Below are positions 31,776 to 41,228 of a stretch of 63,624 nt of DNA, one piece after another. The translations under genes and the position numbers were made by a program. A model generated the notes under the pieces. It saw only the letters and a program-made list of their open reading frames with translations. It ran no database searches and was not told the DNA's origin. Position 1 is the first letter of the stretch; each line of letters begins with the position of its first letter. The stretch is from positions 1 to 63,624 of the IMG/VR virus record IMGVR_UViG_3300046167_000634, one strand, 5' to 3'. The stretch comes from a virus (taxonomy: Duplodnaviria; Caudoviricetes).

Positions 31776-32029
31776 TATTTAAAAAATAAAATTGTGTAGG
31801 CTATAGCTACATTTAAATTAACTAATACTAAGTTCCATTGCTTTGCTACAAATACTTGAGGAATTGATATTACTCCTGCAATAATATATGTAACTATACC
31901 TGTTCTATCAGGTAATATATGTGGGGATAACATCATAAATGCCGTCCCCATATATCCTAATCTATTCGCGAGTCTTTCAATAGGCTTTAGCCTACGTTGT
32001 ACTAAAAATTTTAATACTTTCTTATTCAT
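31775..32029 (-). CDS. Small membrane protein
   Basis: 84 aa with about three hydrophobic segments, between nrdB and nrdA. Confidence 0.6.
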   Translation of the reverse strand: MNKKVLKFLVQRRLKPIERLANRLGYMGTAFMMLSPHILPDRTGIVTYIIAGVISIPQVFVAKQWNLVLVNLNVAIAYTILFFK

Positions 32030-32067
32030 TGCTTAATTGTTCCCACATTTCGTATTCATCTAGCAGC

Positions 32068-33037
32068 TTACCAAATGTCTTCAAAGTCCTCGCCTTCACC
32101 AGCTTTCGAATAATCCGTCGGCCGAACCGCGAAAAAATCAGTATGAGTATGCCCCCCGGTAAGATGGTAGAACCAATCAAGATTGCTTGCTGCGTTTTTG
32201 TCAAATGGGATATGCGACTTAAGATCCGCGTAACCGAGTTCAACGAGTTTTTCATTTGTTCTCTTTTTTATAAAGTGTTTTAAATCATTTGCTTTAATGC
32301 CTTCAATGTCACCCATCTCAAACATTTTATCTATATACTTACATTCAAGTTTTACCATTGTTTCGGCAGCGGTAATAATATCTTTCCGACATAAGCTCTG
32401 CTAATTGATTGTTTTCACTGCACATATCGCGAAACAACTTACAACCCATTTTACTATGAAGTGATTCGTCGCGAACACTCCATTTCATTTGTTGTCCGAT
32501 ACCCTTAAGTAAATTGCGTAACTGGAAACTATATAAAACAGCAAAAGCTGAATAGAGACTAACACCTTCGGCGAAAGCTGAAAAAATTGCCAAAGACTTT
32601 CCAATACCAACAGAACTTGAACCGCTGTAAGCAACCAAATTATCAAATCTTTCTGCCGTAGCAGGCTCGTGTAAGAATGCTTCATAATCTTCTAATCCTA
32701 ATGTTTCATTTAAATAACTATATGCAACCGCATGTATTGTTTCTTGCGAACCAAACATCATTGCCATTTGTTGTATCTCGTGTTTAGGAAACCAACCTAC
32801 TACTTTCTGCGTCCAATAATCTGACACAGCACATTCAGTTTGAGCAAAACCTAAAAGTATATTACCTACTAAGTTTTTCTCTTCGTCTGTTAGTTTCTCT
32901 TTCCAATCTTTAACGTCTCCTTGCATTGGTATTTCAGTATGTAACCAAAATGCTTGTGCTTGTTTTAACCAACCTTCATTGTAATATTCAGGATATTCAA
33001 AAGGTTTATATGCTATACGCTCATCAAATAATCCCAT
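32068..33037 (-). CDS. nrdB: Class I ribonucleotide reductase beta subunit; frameshift near 32400
   Basis: KPFEYP, AFW, QETIHAVAY, AEGVSLYSAF, RDESLH; C-terminal HTDFFAVRPTDYSK in the second frame. Confidence 0.92.
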
Positions 33038-33186
33038 TAATTTTCTATTTCAATTGCAATATCAATAAATGGTAAATATATAACGTGTTGATGGTGTGTA
33101 TCTCCATGATATGTGCGCATACCCACAACAATGCCTGGGTATGTACCTAAGCTAACTGACCAATCTTTTTTCTTTTTATTATCCAT
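33037..33186 (-). CDS. Hypothetical protein (49 aa)
   Basis: MDNKKKKDWSVSLGTYPGIVVGMRTY...YLPFIDIAIEIEN; TAATG-coupled to nrdB. Confidence 0.6.
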   Translation of the reverse strand: MDNKKKKDWSVSLGTYPGIVVGMRTYHGDTHHQHVIYLPFIDIAIEIEN

Positions 33187-33352
33187 ATACTTTTATATTA
33201 TGTTCTTCGTGTAATTTTACTATATCTTTATATTTTACATATCCTTTTTGATTGATAGACCACTTAATAAATTTATCAATCTGCCGCTCCTTATATTTTT
33301 GGCGGGCTACGTGTTTCGAGAGTTTAGGATTAACTCTATTGTTCTGTCGCAT
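33179..33352 (-). CDS. Hypothetical protein (57 aa)
   Basis: MRQNNRVNPKLSKHVARQKYKERQIDKFIKWSINQKGYVKY; fills the gap, overlapping both neighbours. Confidence 0.5.
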   Translation of the reverse strand: MRQNNRVNPKLSKHVARQKYKERQIDKFIKWSINQKGYVKYKDIVKLHEEHNIKVYG

Positions 33353-33762
33353 TCAGCTTGATTTTGTGGTTTATATAATGTATAACTAGGAAACTGCTGT
33401 GACACTAGCAACTTAAATAGCTTCCAACGGATTGGAAAAGATTCATTTGCTCTGCCCTTAGTTTCAATAATAAAGTCTTCGCCTATAAAGTCAGGTGTAT
33501 ATTTTATTGGTAATATACGTTTACTGCCTCTATTTTGATAGCTGCCTTTACCATTAGCTTGTCTTTCAAAAGCTTCGTTTTCAAAATGAAAACCATTAAT
33601 AAGTACAAAAGTTTCACCCTCATACTTAGCTTTAATTTTAGCTTTCTTCAATCCCATATACATATAGCGTTCAAGCCCTGAAGCAAAGTTGATGCCATCA
33701 TATGATACCTTCTTTGCTTGTACAGGGCCTCGCTTTTTTCTTTTAAATGTTTTTCTTCGCAT
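33307..33762 (-). CDS. Phage endonuclease I-like Holliday junction resolvase (PD-(D/E)xK)
   Basis: FASGLE...YE...YTPDF...IIETKG (T7 gp3-like). Confidence 0.82.
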   Translation of the reverse strand: MRRKTFKRKKRGPVQAKKVSYDGINFASGLERYMYMGLKKAKIKAKYEGETFVLINGFHFENEAFERQANGKGSYQNRGSKRILPIKYTPDFIGEDFIIETKGRANESFPIRWKLFKLLVSQQFPSYTLYKPQNQAECDRTIELILNSRNT

Positions 33763-33973
33763 CTCTAATATAACATTCTTCTACTTCATTACGAAGTACC
33801 ATTCGTGCTTTTTCTAAATAGTTAACAGCATCCATAAGTTCTTCTTGCAAATGTTGTAACCATCTATCAAGCGGTTGATCATCATCGGCAAGTGTAACAC
33901 CGTATTTTTTATAGCCTACATCTGAGCGGCTTTGTATTTTATCAATTACTTGTTTAATTATTTGATCTCTCAT
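33743..33973 (-). CDS. Hypothetical protein (all-alpha NTP pyrophosphatase-like)
   Basis: GYKKYGVTL...WLQHLQEELMDAVNY. Confidence 0.6.
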   Translation of the reverse strand: MRDQIIKQVIDKIQSRSDVGYKKYGVTLADDDQPLDRWLQHLQEELMDAVNYLEKARMVLRNEVEECYIRDAKKNI

Positions 33974-34731
33974 ACCGTGTCTTTTACAAATGTTCCATTT
34001 ACCATATTTCCAGTTCTATTACTGATCTCGCCATATGCACTATCGATACAATGCTCAATGTTGACACCAGCCAAAGTGGAAAGATTGGTAAGTACCACAA
34101 CGGCATCACCAATAGCGTCAATAATGTCCTCTTTATTGTTTTTGAGTATGGCGTCCGCAAGCTCGCCAACTTCTTCAAGTAACTTAATATATTGTGTTTT
34201 AACATCTCCATTTTGTGTTATGCCACGAACATCTGCCCATGAGCGAATTAAATCAAATGTATTATTACCAAGTGCCGGTTCCGCTATAAAAGCTTCGTGA
34301 TAAGCTTTGTTATATATGTAGCATCGGCCATCGTTATACATAGAAGGCTTTGCGTTAGCTACTATCCAGGGTATTGTTTCACTTGATATTTTAAATTTAC
34401 CAAGCCAGGTGTCCCATTCGGTACCTTGGTTATCCATTAGTGCGCCTTTTAGTTTGTTCATTGGCACTGGGAATGTTGTTGTTTGGTCTGTCGGGTTTAT
34501 TTTCATTTTATTTAATTTATTAAAGTATAAATTTTTATACTTTTTGTTATCTACTCTATAGCCATAAGACTTTTGAAGTTCTATTTCGCGGTCTGATATA
34601 TAATCTATATCGTCTGACTGCTCAAGAACTTCATATTCGTTAGGCTTATAGCCCTGCTGTTTAGTAACGCGAATAAAAAGATTACGTGTAACACCTATCT
34701 TCTTACCTGGTATGTGATATAAATAATACAT
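33970..34731 (-). CDS. MazG-like nucleotide pyrophosphohydrolase with N-terminal GIY-YIG-like domain
   Basis: C-term KLLEEVGELADA...IIDAIGDAVVVL; N-term YYLYHI..KIGVTRNL..R...REIELQ. Confidence 0.75.
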   Translation of the reverse strand: MYYLYHIPGKKIGVTRNLFIRVTKQQGYKPNEYEVLEQSDDIDYISDREIELQKSYGYRVDNKKYKNLYFNKLNKMKINPTDQTTTFPVPMNKLKGALMDNQGTEWDTWLGKFKISSETIPWIVANAKPSMYNDGRCYIYNKAYHEAFIAEPALGNNTFDLIRSWADVRGITQNGDVKTQYIKLLEEVGELADAILKNNKEDIIDAIGDAVVVLTNLSTLAGVNIEHCIDSAYGEISNRTGNMVNGTFVKDTV

Positions 34732-34734
34732 AAT

Positions 34735-35418
34735 TTATATTGCTACAGGTGCTGGTATATGAGGACCGTGTTGATAATCAACTAGTCGCACACCTTTGTT
34801 AGTACAAAATCTATATGCTGGTAAATTTCTAACTGGCTGCTCTAAATATTTCTTTACCGCTTCAATTTGGTTTAGATACACATGAGCATCAATAATATTT
34901 ACCGCAAGTTTACCTATTTGATAGCCTGTTTTATGTGCTACATAATTCATAATTAAAGTAAATAATGCAACATCATAAGGCACTCCTAAATACATATCCC
35001 CAGATCTTTGTACTACAAACATATTAATTTTTCCGTTCTCAACAAAGAATTGAAAGTATAAATAACAAGGAGGTAATGCCATCTTTTCTTGCTCAGCTGG
35101 ATTCCACAGCGATATAACATGACGACGGCTATCTGGTTCGTGACATAAGCCCCATATAACGTCCTTCATCTGATCAAAACCTTGACTATTAAAGTTTCTA
35201 AGCTGATGGCCATAAACAGGCCCTAAATCGCCATTTTCATCTGCCCAAGCATCCCATATTTTAACACCTGCTTTTTTAAATCTTTCAATGTTTGTTTCAC
35301 CATTTAAAAACCATTTCATTTCAGTGTTAAAAACTTTAGGGAACATCTTACGACCAGTTAATATAGGAAAGCGATTGTTAACATCAAATTCCATACTTTG
35401 ATTAAATATAGAATACAT
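34735..35418 (-). CDS. thyA: Thymidylate synthase, N-terminally truncated
   Basis: KIWDAWAD..GDLGPVYGHQLR, SRRH, MALPPC, QRSGDMYLGVPYD, DAHVYLNQ. The usual N-terminal segment with the DRTG motif is missing. Confidence 0.9.
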   Translation of the reverse strand: MYSIFNQSMEFDVNNRFPILTGRKMFPKVFNTEMKWFLNGETNIERFKKAGVKIWDAWADENGDLGPVYGHQLRNFNSQGFDQMKDVIWGLCHEPDSRRHVISLWNPAEQEKMALPPCYLYFQFFVENGKINMFVVQRSGDMYLGVPYDVALFTLIMNYVAHKTGYQIGKLAVNIIDAHVYLNQIEAVKKYLEQPVRNLPAYRFCTNKGVRLVDYQHGPHIPAPVAI

Positions 35419-35626
35419 CTACTGCAACGGCAACACTTTCAATAACACCCTCACCTAAATAGGTTTCGTCTACTTTAAAGTACACATTGTACTTTTCATT
35501 AAACGGCTTTAGTGCTTCAAGTATATCTTCAGCAGATCGGAAATTATACTTTCCGAATGAATTAAAGCGACTCTTCTTTGCTTTAAATTCTTGTTGAATT
35601 TTACTTAATTTCTCGTGAATTGTCAT
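35402..35626 (-). pseudogene. ERF-family ssDNA annealing protein, 3'-truncated at a junction with thyA
   Basis: KLSKIQQEFKAKKSRFNSFGKYNFRSAEDILEALKP is an ERF N-terminus; the later GS..SYARKYAL-type core is absent. Confidence 0.75.
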
Positions 35627-35650
35627 ATATATATTATTACGTATTTATTA
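35627..35650 (-). promoter_or_regulatory. Putative phage promoter, probably giving a leaderless mRNA
   Basis: TAATAAATACGTAAT followed by 9 nt and then the ERF ATG. Confidence 0.55.
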
Positions 35651-35656
35651 CTTAAA

Positions 35657-36418
35657 CTACAGGTAATCAATAACTTGGTTCGATGGAACGTTATCAATTA
35701 ACTTCTCTATTGCTGCTTTTTTAATTTCAGATACACGCACATAATTACTTACTCCGTCTATATTTAATTTAGCAGCTATCTCCTTTGCTGGGTGTTTGTC
35801 ACAGTCTAAGCCATAAGATAATCTTATTACTTCATACTCTTTATCACTTAAATGCTCACTCATAAGGCCGAGTAAATAAGCATTCAGCAAAGCTATGTTA
35901 TAAGGCTCGGAGTTATCCGGTACTTGAAACATAGGGCTTTCGTTTTCACTTTCAAAATTCTCATCTATTGATGCAAATATTTGGTTAAAAAAGGTTTCAA
36001 CTATTTTTTTGTCTTTACCATAATTTTTACGTATCTCATTTAATTTATATTCTGGTATACGCATATCCCCTCTATTTATATCTATAGCTCTTCTAATAGC
36101 ACCTCGTATTCTTTTAGCTAAGAATGATTTGAGCGTTTTTTCAGGGTCGTCAGACTCTTTAACTTTATCCCAAACAATTCTATCGCATGCCACAGTAAGT
36201 CCTATTGCACCCTCTTGTATAAAATCATTTATACTAAGCACTCCAGACGCTTGCTGCATAGTAGAAAACTTTCGCGCTATATTTTCTACTAATGGTAAAA
36301 ACACGGTTTGCAGTTCTTCTCTAGTATAATCCCAAAAGTCTTTACTAGGTATTCTTTTTATTACTACATCTAGATCTTGTTTATATCTAATATAGTTCTG
36401 CACATTATACTTTTTCAT
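35657..36418 (-). CDS. Phage RNA polymerase sigma factor (sigma70 family)
   Basis: Region 2: LPLVENIARKF..DFIQEGAIGL..RIRGAIRRAI; region 4: LSDKEYEVIRLSYGL..KEIAAKL..RVSEIKKAAIEKL. Confidence 0.88.
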   Translation of the reverse strand: MKKYNVQNYIRYKQDLDVVIKRIPSKDFWDYTREELQTVFLPLVENIARKFSTMQQASGVLSINDFIQEGAIGLTVACDRIVWDKVKESDDPEKTLKSFLAKRIRGAIRRAIDINRGDMRIPEYKLNEIRKNYGKDKKIVETFFNQIFASIDENFESENESPMFQVPDNSEPYNIALLNAYLLGLMSEHLSDKEYEVIRLSYGLDCDKHPAKEIAAKLNIDGVSNYVRVSEIKKAAIEKLIDNVPSNQVIDYL

Positions 36419-37019
36419 TTAAAAGCTCTTTCTCTTTGGTTAACTCATGTGTCATATTCCTGTACACCGTACGGGTTGAAACACTGAGAACTTTAGCTAT
36501 TGCTGCAACGGTAATTTTTTTATCATCATCGTGCAGTAATAACATTGTTTCATATATATCCTCTGGAGTTGCCTTGCTCCCTCTTCCTATGAGCTTTCCT
36601 ACTATAGATAATTTTTCACTCTTTGTCAACCCTGTATTGTCTTTAAAAATAACTTTTCTTAGTTTATTTTTAGGTGGTTGATCTAAATCCATCATACTGA
36701 TTTCGTAAATCATTGTCTTGAGTAGTAGCTCAGGCATGGTAAAGGTAGCAAATCCATTTGACTTTTCTGCAATAAACCATGCTAATTCTTCAAACTTATC
36801 CGGATTAAGCTGAGGATTGAGATACCAAAGAACAAGTAAATGCCACTTTAACGACTTATATGTTGTTATCTGTGCTTTACTTCTAAACAATGTATAGCAT
36901 TCATACGTCCCGTGCTCATAGAAATAACCCCACTCATAAACTTCTGTGGGTTTATCACTGATCGGATCACGTCGATAGACTATATTATTATTATTTAAGT
37001 AAAACATTTTGCGTGACAT
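36405..37019 (-). CDS. Protein with C-terminal helix-turn-helix
   Basis: ITVAAIAKVLSVSTRTVYRNM. Confidence 0.75.
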   Translation of the reverse strand: MSRKMFYLNNNNIVYRRDPISDKPTEVYEWGYFYEHGTYECYTLFRSKAQITTYKSLKWHLLVLWYLNPQLNPDKFEELAWFIAEKSNGFATFTMPELLLKTMIYEISMMDLDQPPKNKLRKVIFKDNTGLTKSEKLSIVGKLIGRGSKATPEDIYETMLLLHDDDKKITVAAIAKVLSVSTRTVYRNMTHELTKEKELLNEKV

Positions 37020-37057
37020 TAGCCTGTTACTTTATATACTTAATTAGCTAGCGTCAC
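37013..37057. promoter_or_regulatory. Imperfect palindrome (operator/origin-like), copy 1
   Basis: GTGACATTAGC...GCTAGCGTCAC arms around an AT-rich spacer; overlaps the HTH gene start codon. Confidence 0.5.
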
Positions 37058-37117
37058 ACTTTTGACGTACTAATTTTAATTTTCTGTTTATACCATTCAT
37101 TATTTGCTATTGCAAAT

Positions 37118-37609
37118 TTATACTTTTTCTGCGAATGGTCGTACAATTTTCTGCTCATTTTTATTTGCTATCTTATATTTGTCTCCTTCGTAGTAGTTCC
37201 AGTAAGCTGCAATACTATCACCTTCAACCTTATATTCATCTGGCATACACTGTGGTGGCTCGCACCAATCGTCGCCTTGTATATATCTAGGGTATTGAGA
37301 AAGAAAATCTCTACATTTGATTATAGTTAAATGTTCTTTACCATATCTTTTTGTATATTCTCTGCCCAATGCCATCATATATTCATACGCCCAAAAATAT
37401 GTAGTGCGTGATTTTCTAACCCATATTGTGGAGGGGTGATTTAAATGTGCTTGCTTATAAGGTATAAGATCTTTTAGTTCTTCATCGCCATAACAATGAT
37501 GCGCTGTACAAAGCATTTGCGCAGCTTCTAAGACCATCTTAACCTTATGCTTATCATAATGATAGCTAGCGGCTGTTACAGGGTCTCTATCGAGATAAAA
37601 TAAATTCAT
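37118..37609 (-). CDS. Pyrimidine dimer DNA glycosylase (DenV-like) family protein
   Basis: MNLFYLD.DP...DKHKVKMVLEAAQML; HLNHPSTIWVR; EYTKRYGKEH; PPQCMPDEYK...AYWNYY; real start at 37609. Confidence 0.75.
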   Translation of the reverse strand: MNLFYLDRDPVTAASYHYDKHKVKMVLEAAQMLCTAHHCYGDEELKDLIPYKQAHLNHPSTIWVRKSRTTYFWAYEYMMALGREYTKRYGKEHLTIIKCRDFLSQYPRYIQGDDWCEPPQCMPDEYKVEGDSIAAYWNYYEGDKYKIANKNEQKIVRPFAEKV

Positions 37610-37894
37610 TACAGTTCTTCGTATTTGAATGTAAATGCTATACACTTGCGCTACGCGCTTCGCTACGCTCCGCGCTAGTTGCCGCGCCAAATATAGTTTA
37701 TGGATCCCGGCACAGGATCTGGAAAGTCCGAAAAAACAACCTGAAACCTAAGAAAATGCGGGGAACCGGGCTAAAAAATATGGTTTTCCGTAGCGGCGGT
37801 GTTAGTGAAAATGAGTATATAACCCCTAACCTCTAAAAATCTAGTAACAAAATTAAAAAAGGCACCCCTTAATTTATTTGGTACCCTAAAATAT

Positions 37895-37940
37895 GCGACG
37901 TTAACCTGTTAAGGTATATATAATAGTAGGCTATTGTCAC
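37895..37940. promoter_or_regulatory. Imperfect palindrome, copy 2 (inverted relative to copy 1)
   Basis: Reverse complement GTGACAATAGCCTACTATTATATATACCTTAACAGGTTAACGTCGC aligns with 37013-37057. Confidence 0.5.
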
Positions 37941-38001
37941 TTCTAGGGGTGTAAAAACGGTAAAAAGCACGTAAAATACTATATTATATAAAAAATTAAA
38001 A

Positions 38002-38253
38002 GTGGGTAAGCAAAAATTGTCTCCAGAGGCTGCCAGGCGCAAGAAGAAGCGTGATCTTAAATATGCAAATAGCAAGGATCGCAAGGAAAAGCGTGCTGAT
38101 AGCCAAAAGAAACGTCGTGCGGCTAAAAAAGCAGGTAAAAAGATTGCTGGTAAAGACTACGATCACTATACGGGGACATTTGTTACAGCACATAGAAATA
38201 GAGGTGGAATGAATCCGCGTAGAAACGGTACTAAAAACGAAAAGAATGCCTAG
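38002..38253 (+). CDS. Small basic protein with degenerate HNH-like motif
   Basis: K/R-rich; GKDYDH...NRG; GTG start. Confidence 0.55.
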   Translation: MGKQKLSPEAARRKKKRDLKYANSKDRKEKRADSQKKRRAAKKAGKKIAGKDYDHYTGTFVTAHRNRGGMNPRRNGTKNEKNA

Positions 38254-40351
38254 AATACCTAGTTATCCCTTAATAGGGTCACTTTCCAATGATGATCTAC
38301 TTGTTATTGACGATGTTTCCCAGCAGTACGCTACTAAGAGTGTAGAGCTGCAGTCATTAAAGGGATATTTTAATACAGGACAGGCTACAACTACGTATGT
38401 TGATGATAAAGTAGTATCTGGAGCGGCGTTTGATACCAATACGGGAGTTTTAACATTGACTAGAACAGATGGTGTAGACGTTACACGAGGTTTGGACGGT
38501 AGATATGCGTTGACAACTGATGTGTTTAGCGGTAATTATAATGACTTAACAAATAAACCAACAATACCAACAGACAATAGCCAATTAGCAAATGGTGAGG
38601 GGTACACAGATAATTTAGGCATAGTACAATCGCTAACAACTAATAGCTCATCAGGTGCCGCTACTTTAGTTGATGGCGTTTTAAATATACCGCAATACTC
38701 TAGCGGTGGTGGAGGTGGTAGTGGTACTGTAACAAGTATAAGTACGACAGCTCCTATAACGGGTGGCACAATAACAACATCAGGCACAATAGGAATAACA
38801 CAAGCGTCGGCAAGTGGTAGTGGTTATATTTCTTCTACTGACTGGAATACGTTTAACAACAAGCAAAGCACGTCGGAAAAAGGTGCAGCCTCTGGTTATG
38901 CTCCTTTAGACGCTAATGAAAAAGTGCCTGCGGCTAACTTGCCAGATAGTATAGTTGGAGCTGTAGTATATCAAGGCACGTGGAACGCAGACACTGACAC
39001 ACCTGCGCTCCCAACGCCAGCTGCTGGAAACAACGGGCATTATTACATAGTAAGCGATCCTGGCACATACTTAGGAACAACCTATGCTGTAGGTGATTGG
39101 GCTATATCAAATGGTATTGCATGGGAAAAAGTAGATAACACACAAGATGTTAATAGTGTATTCGGACGTCAAGGAAATGTAGTTGCTGATGCTGGTGATT
39201 ATTCTGCTTTTTACGATGCTAACGTGCAGAGCAATTGGAATGATACTGATACTAATAGTGATGCATTTATATTAAATAAGCCAACTACTATAACAACCGA
39301 TCAGGCCAATGCGATAGCCGCTAATAGCAACAAAACATCCTTTCCAGGTTTTGGAACAACACAAGGAACAGCACTAGAAGGAAACACGATTATACCCGCT
39401 GCTTACACAGACGCGGATGTAGATACACACCTTAATAAAACAGCCCAAACACAAGATAACTATGTTTTAAGCCTATCAGGTAACGATTATACCTGGGTGG
39501 CCCAATCTGGGGGCGGTGGCGGTATTGGCGGAAGCGGTATAGATACTCAAATGGCGATATTTGACTCTACATCAACAATAACCTCCACGCAAGCTGTGGC
39601 TGTAAATAGCTCTAGCCAAATAATAATGGACGTGTTGCGTAGTAGTACTTCTTACGCGAATGACACAGCTGCTCAGGCTGGAGGCGTTCCATACGGCGGA
39701 TTATATAGAACTGAAAGCACTGTAAAAATAAACTTGCTTGGAAGCAGCCCAGGCCCAGGCCCAGGTGAAGTAGAAATTGGTAGTTTAATCTGGACCGATG
39801 CAAACTCAACAACATTAGCTAGCTCCGGAGGTACAATACCTATTTTTACAACAAACCAAGAAGCAGACGACGCCCGAAGTACCCGAACGCCGGGAGCTGT
39901 TTATTGGGATTTTGATTCAGCCAACGCCTCAAGAGGTTTGTTTTATAACCGATGGGCTGCCGCTGCTATAACACCTCCAAGTGGTTTTAGATTACCAACT
40001 CGAAATGATTGGAATAATTTACGAGCAGAACTGATAGCACTAGACAGTCTGTCTAATATAACGGCTATAGGTGGTGGAACTAATGCTTTCTGGAACAATA
40101 GTATTCAATCTAATCCTGATTATAATTTATCTGGGTTTGAATCTTTAGGAGCTGGATATGCGGAGTTTTCAGGTATACAATTGAGGTTTTGGGATGACAG
40201 CGAAATGTGGTGGGAATTAGAGGGAGCATCTGCTCCAGTTGGCCAAGCCGGAACAGGATTTTGGGCTAACGGTCCAAATACCGTAATAACCTCCAACAAC
40301 TTTCAATTATTCTGGAGCTTTAATTGTATTAGATTTTGTAAAGACGCGTAA
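38246..40351 (+). CDS. Fibre protein with C-terminal Fib_succ_major (FISUMP)-like domain
   Basis: FSGNYNDLTNKPTIP, YQGTWNA, VNSVFGRQG fibre motifs; C-term EVEIGSLIW..N, GLFYN, PSGFRLPT, IRFCKD. Confidence 0.75.
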   Translation: MPRIPSYPLIGSLSNDDLLVIDDVSQQYATKSVELQSLKGYFNTGQATTTYVDDKVVSGAAFDTNTGVLTLTRTDGVDVTRGLDGRYALTTDVFSGNYNDLTNKPTIPTDNSQLANGEGYTDNLGIVQSLTTNSSSGAATLVDGVLNIPQYSSGGGGGSGTVTSISTTAPITGGTITTSGTIGITQASASGSGYISSTDWNTFNNKQSTSEKGAASGYAPLDANEKVPAANLPDSIVGAVVYQGTWNADTDTPALPTPAAGNNGHYYIVSDPGTYLGTTYAVGDWAISNGIAWEKVDNTQDVNSVFGRQGNVVADAGDYSAFYDANVQSNWNDTDTNSDAFILNKPTTITTDQANAIAANSNKTSFPGFGTTQGTALEGNTIIPAAYTDADVDTHLNKTAQTQDNYVLSLSGNDYTWVAQSGGGGGIGGSGIDTQMAIFDSTSTITSTQAVAVNSSSQIIMDVLRSSTSYANDTAAQAGGVPYGGLYRTESTVKINLLGSSPGPGPGEVEIGSLIWTDANSTTLASSGGTIPIFTTNQEADDARSTRTPGAVYWDFDSANASRGLFYNRWAAAAITPPSGFRLPTRNDWNNLRAELIALDSLSNITAIGGGTNAFWNNSIQSNPDYNLSGFESLGAGYAEFSGIQLRFWDDSEMWWELEGASAPVGQAGTGFWANGPNTVITSNNFQLFWSFNCIRFCKDA

Positions 40352-40366
40352 AATAAAAAAAAATAA

Positions 40367-41228
40367 ATGGCAAGAATAACTAATTTTCCATCATCGGCAG
40401 CACAGCCAGCAGATTTTGTAATTGGATCGAGCCCTACGGGCGGTTCCAAAAAAATGTCTGTAGGAAGCATTGCATCGCTTGTTAGAGATTCAATAAACAC
40501 ATTGAATAACTTTAGCGTTAGTAATTCTGACAATGGGTACACGCTAGCTTGGAGCAATAATACACTATCAATTAATGGGCCAAGTATTGAAGATGCCATA
40601 TTATCTGTAAACGGCGCGGGTCCTGTATCTGTTGTAACATCAGAAAGAAATTCTTTTATTAGCTTAAAATACTCAGGCGCGCGTAATATTATAGATGCAG
40701 CAGGTATTTATAAAGGTAAAACAAGTAATATAAATTTCTTTGTAGAAAACAAGGCAAAGAATGAAGTTAAAAAAATTGGTATTGATAAACTACCATTTAC
40801 AAATAATACAGGCACTGTAACAGCAGTAACCATTGCAGATGAAAACGGCACAGGCAAAACTATTACCGAATCCTGGTACAATAAATATTAAAGGTGGTAA
40901 TGGTATCACGACCAGTATGGTCGGAGCCGACTTAACTATTGAATATCTTGGAAAAGTCGGAGGGACTGTTAACAATGTTATATCTCTGGATGAAACTGTA
41001 CTGTTAACTAACGTATCACCGGACGGAAGCGAAGTAAGTATTCGCCCCGCCAAAGTACCGGTAAGAACTGGTAGATACGACTTTGCCAGCGTAACAGTTG
41101 ATAATTACGGCAGAGTTACAAAGATAGAAGATCAAAAACATATTATAGATGCTTTAGCTGCAAGAATTGAAGCATTGGAATCACAAATACAATCACAAGA
41201 TGAGTCAAGCACTGATACAAGCAACTAA
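40367..41228 (+). CDS. Fibre-associated protein; +1 frameshift near 40870
   Basis: ...TITE(S)GTINIKGGNGITT...GRYDFASVTVDNYGRVT...LAARIEALESQ. Confidence 0.6.

Noticed and set aside
37610-37690. 27-aa N-terminal extension of the glycosylase given in the ORF track
   Set aside because: The family starts at MNLFYLD (37609); the extension runs through GC-rich repeat DNA from a TTG.
37640-38000. CRISPR array, tRNA or attachment site in the non-coding region
   Set aside because: No regular repeat-spacer structure, no cloverleaf, and no integrase in the window.
39760-40351. FISUMP/C-lectin-like C-terminal domain as a diversity-generating retroelement target
   Set aside because: No reverse transcriptase and no second near-identical copy (template repeat) seen in the window.
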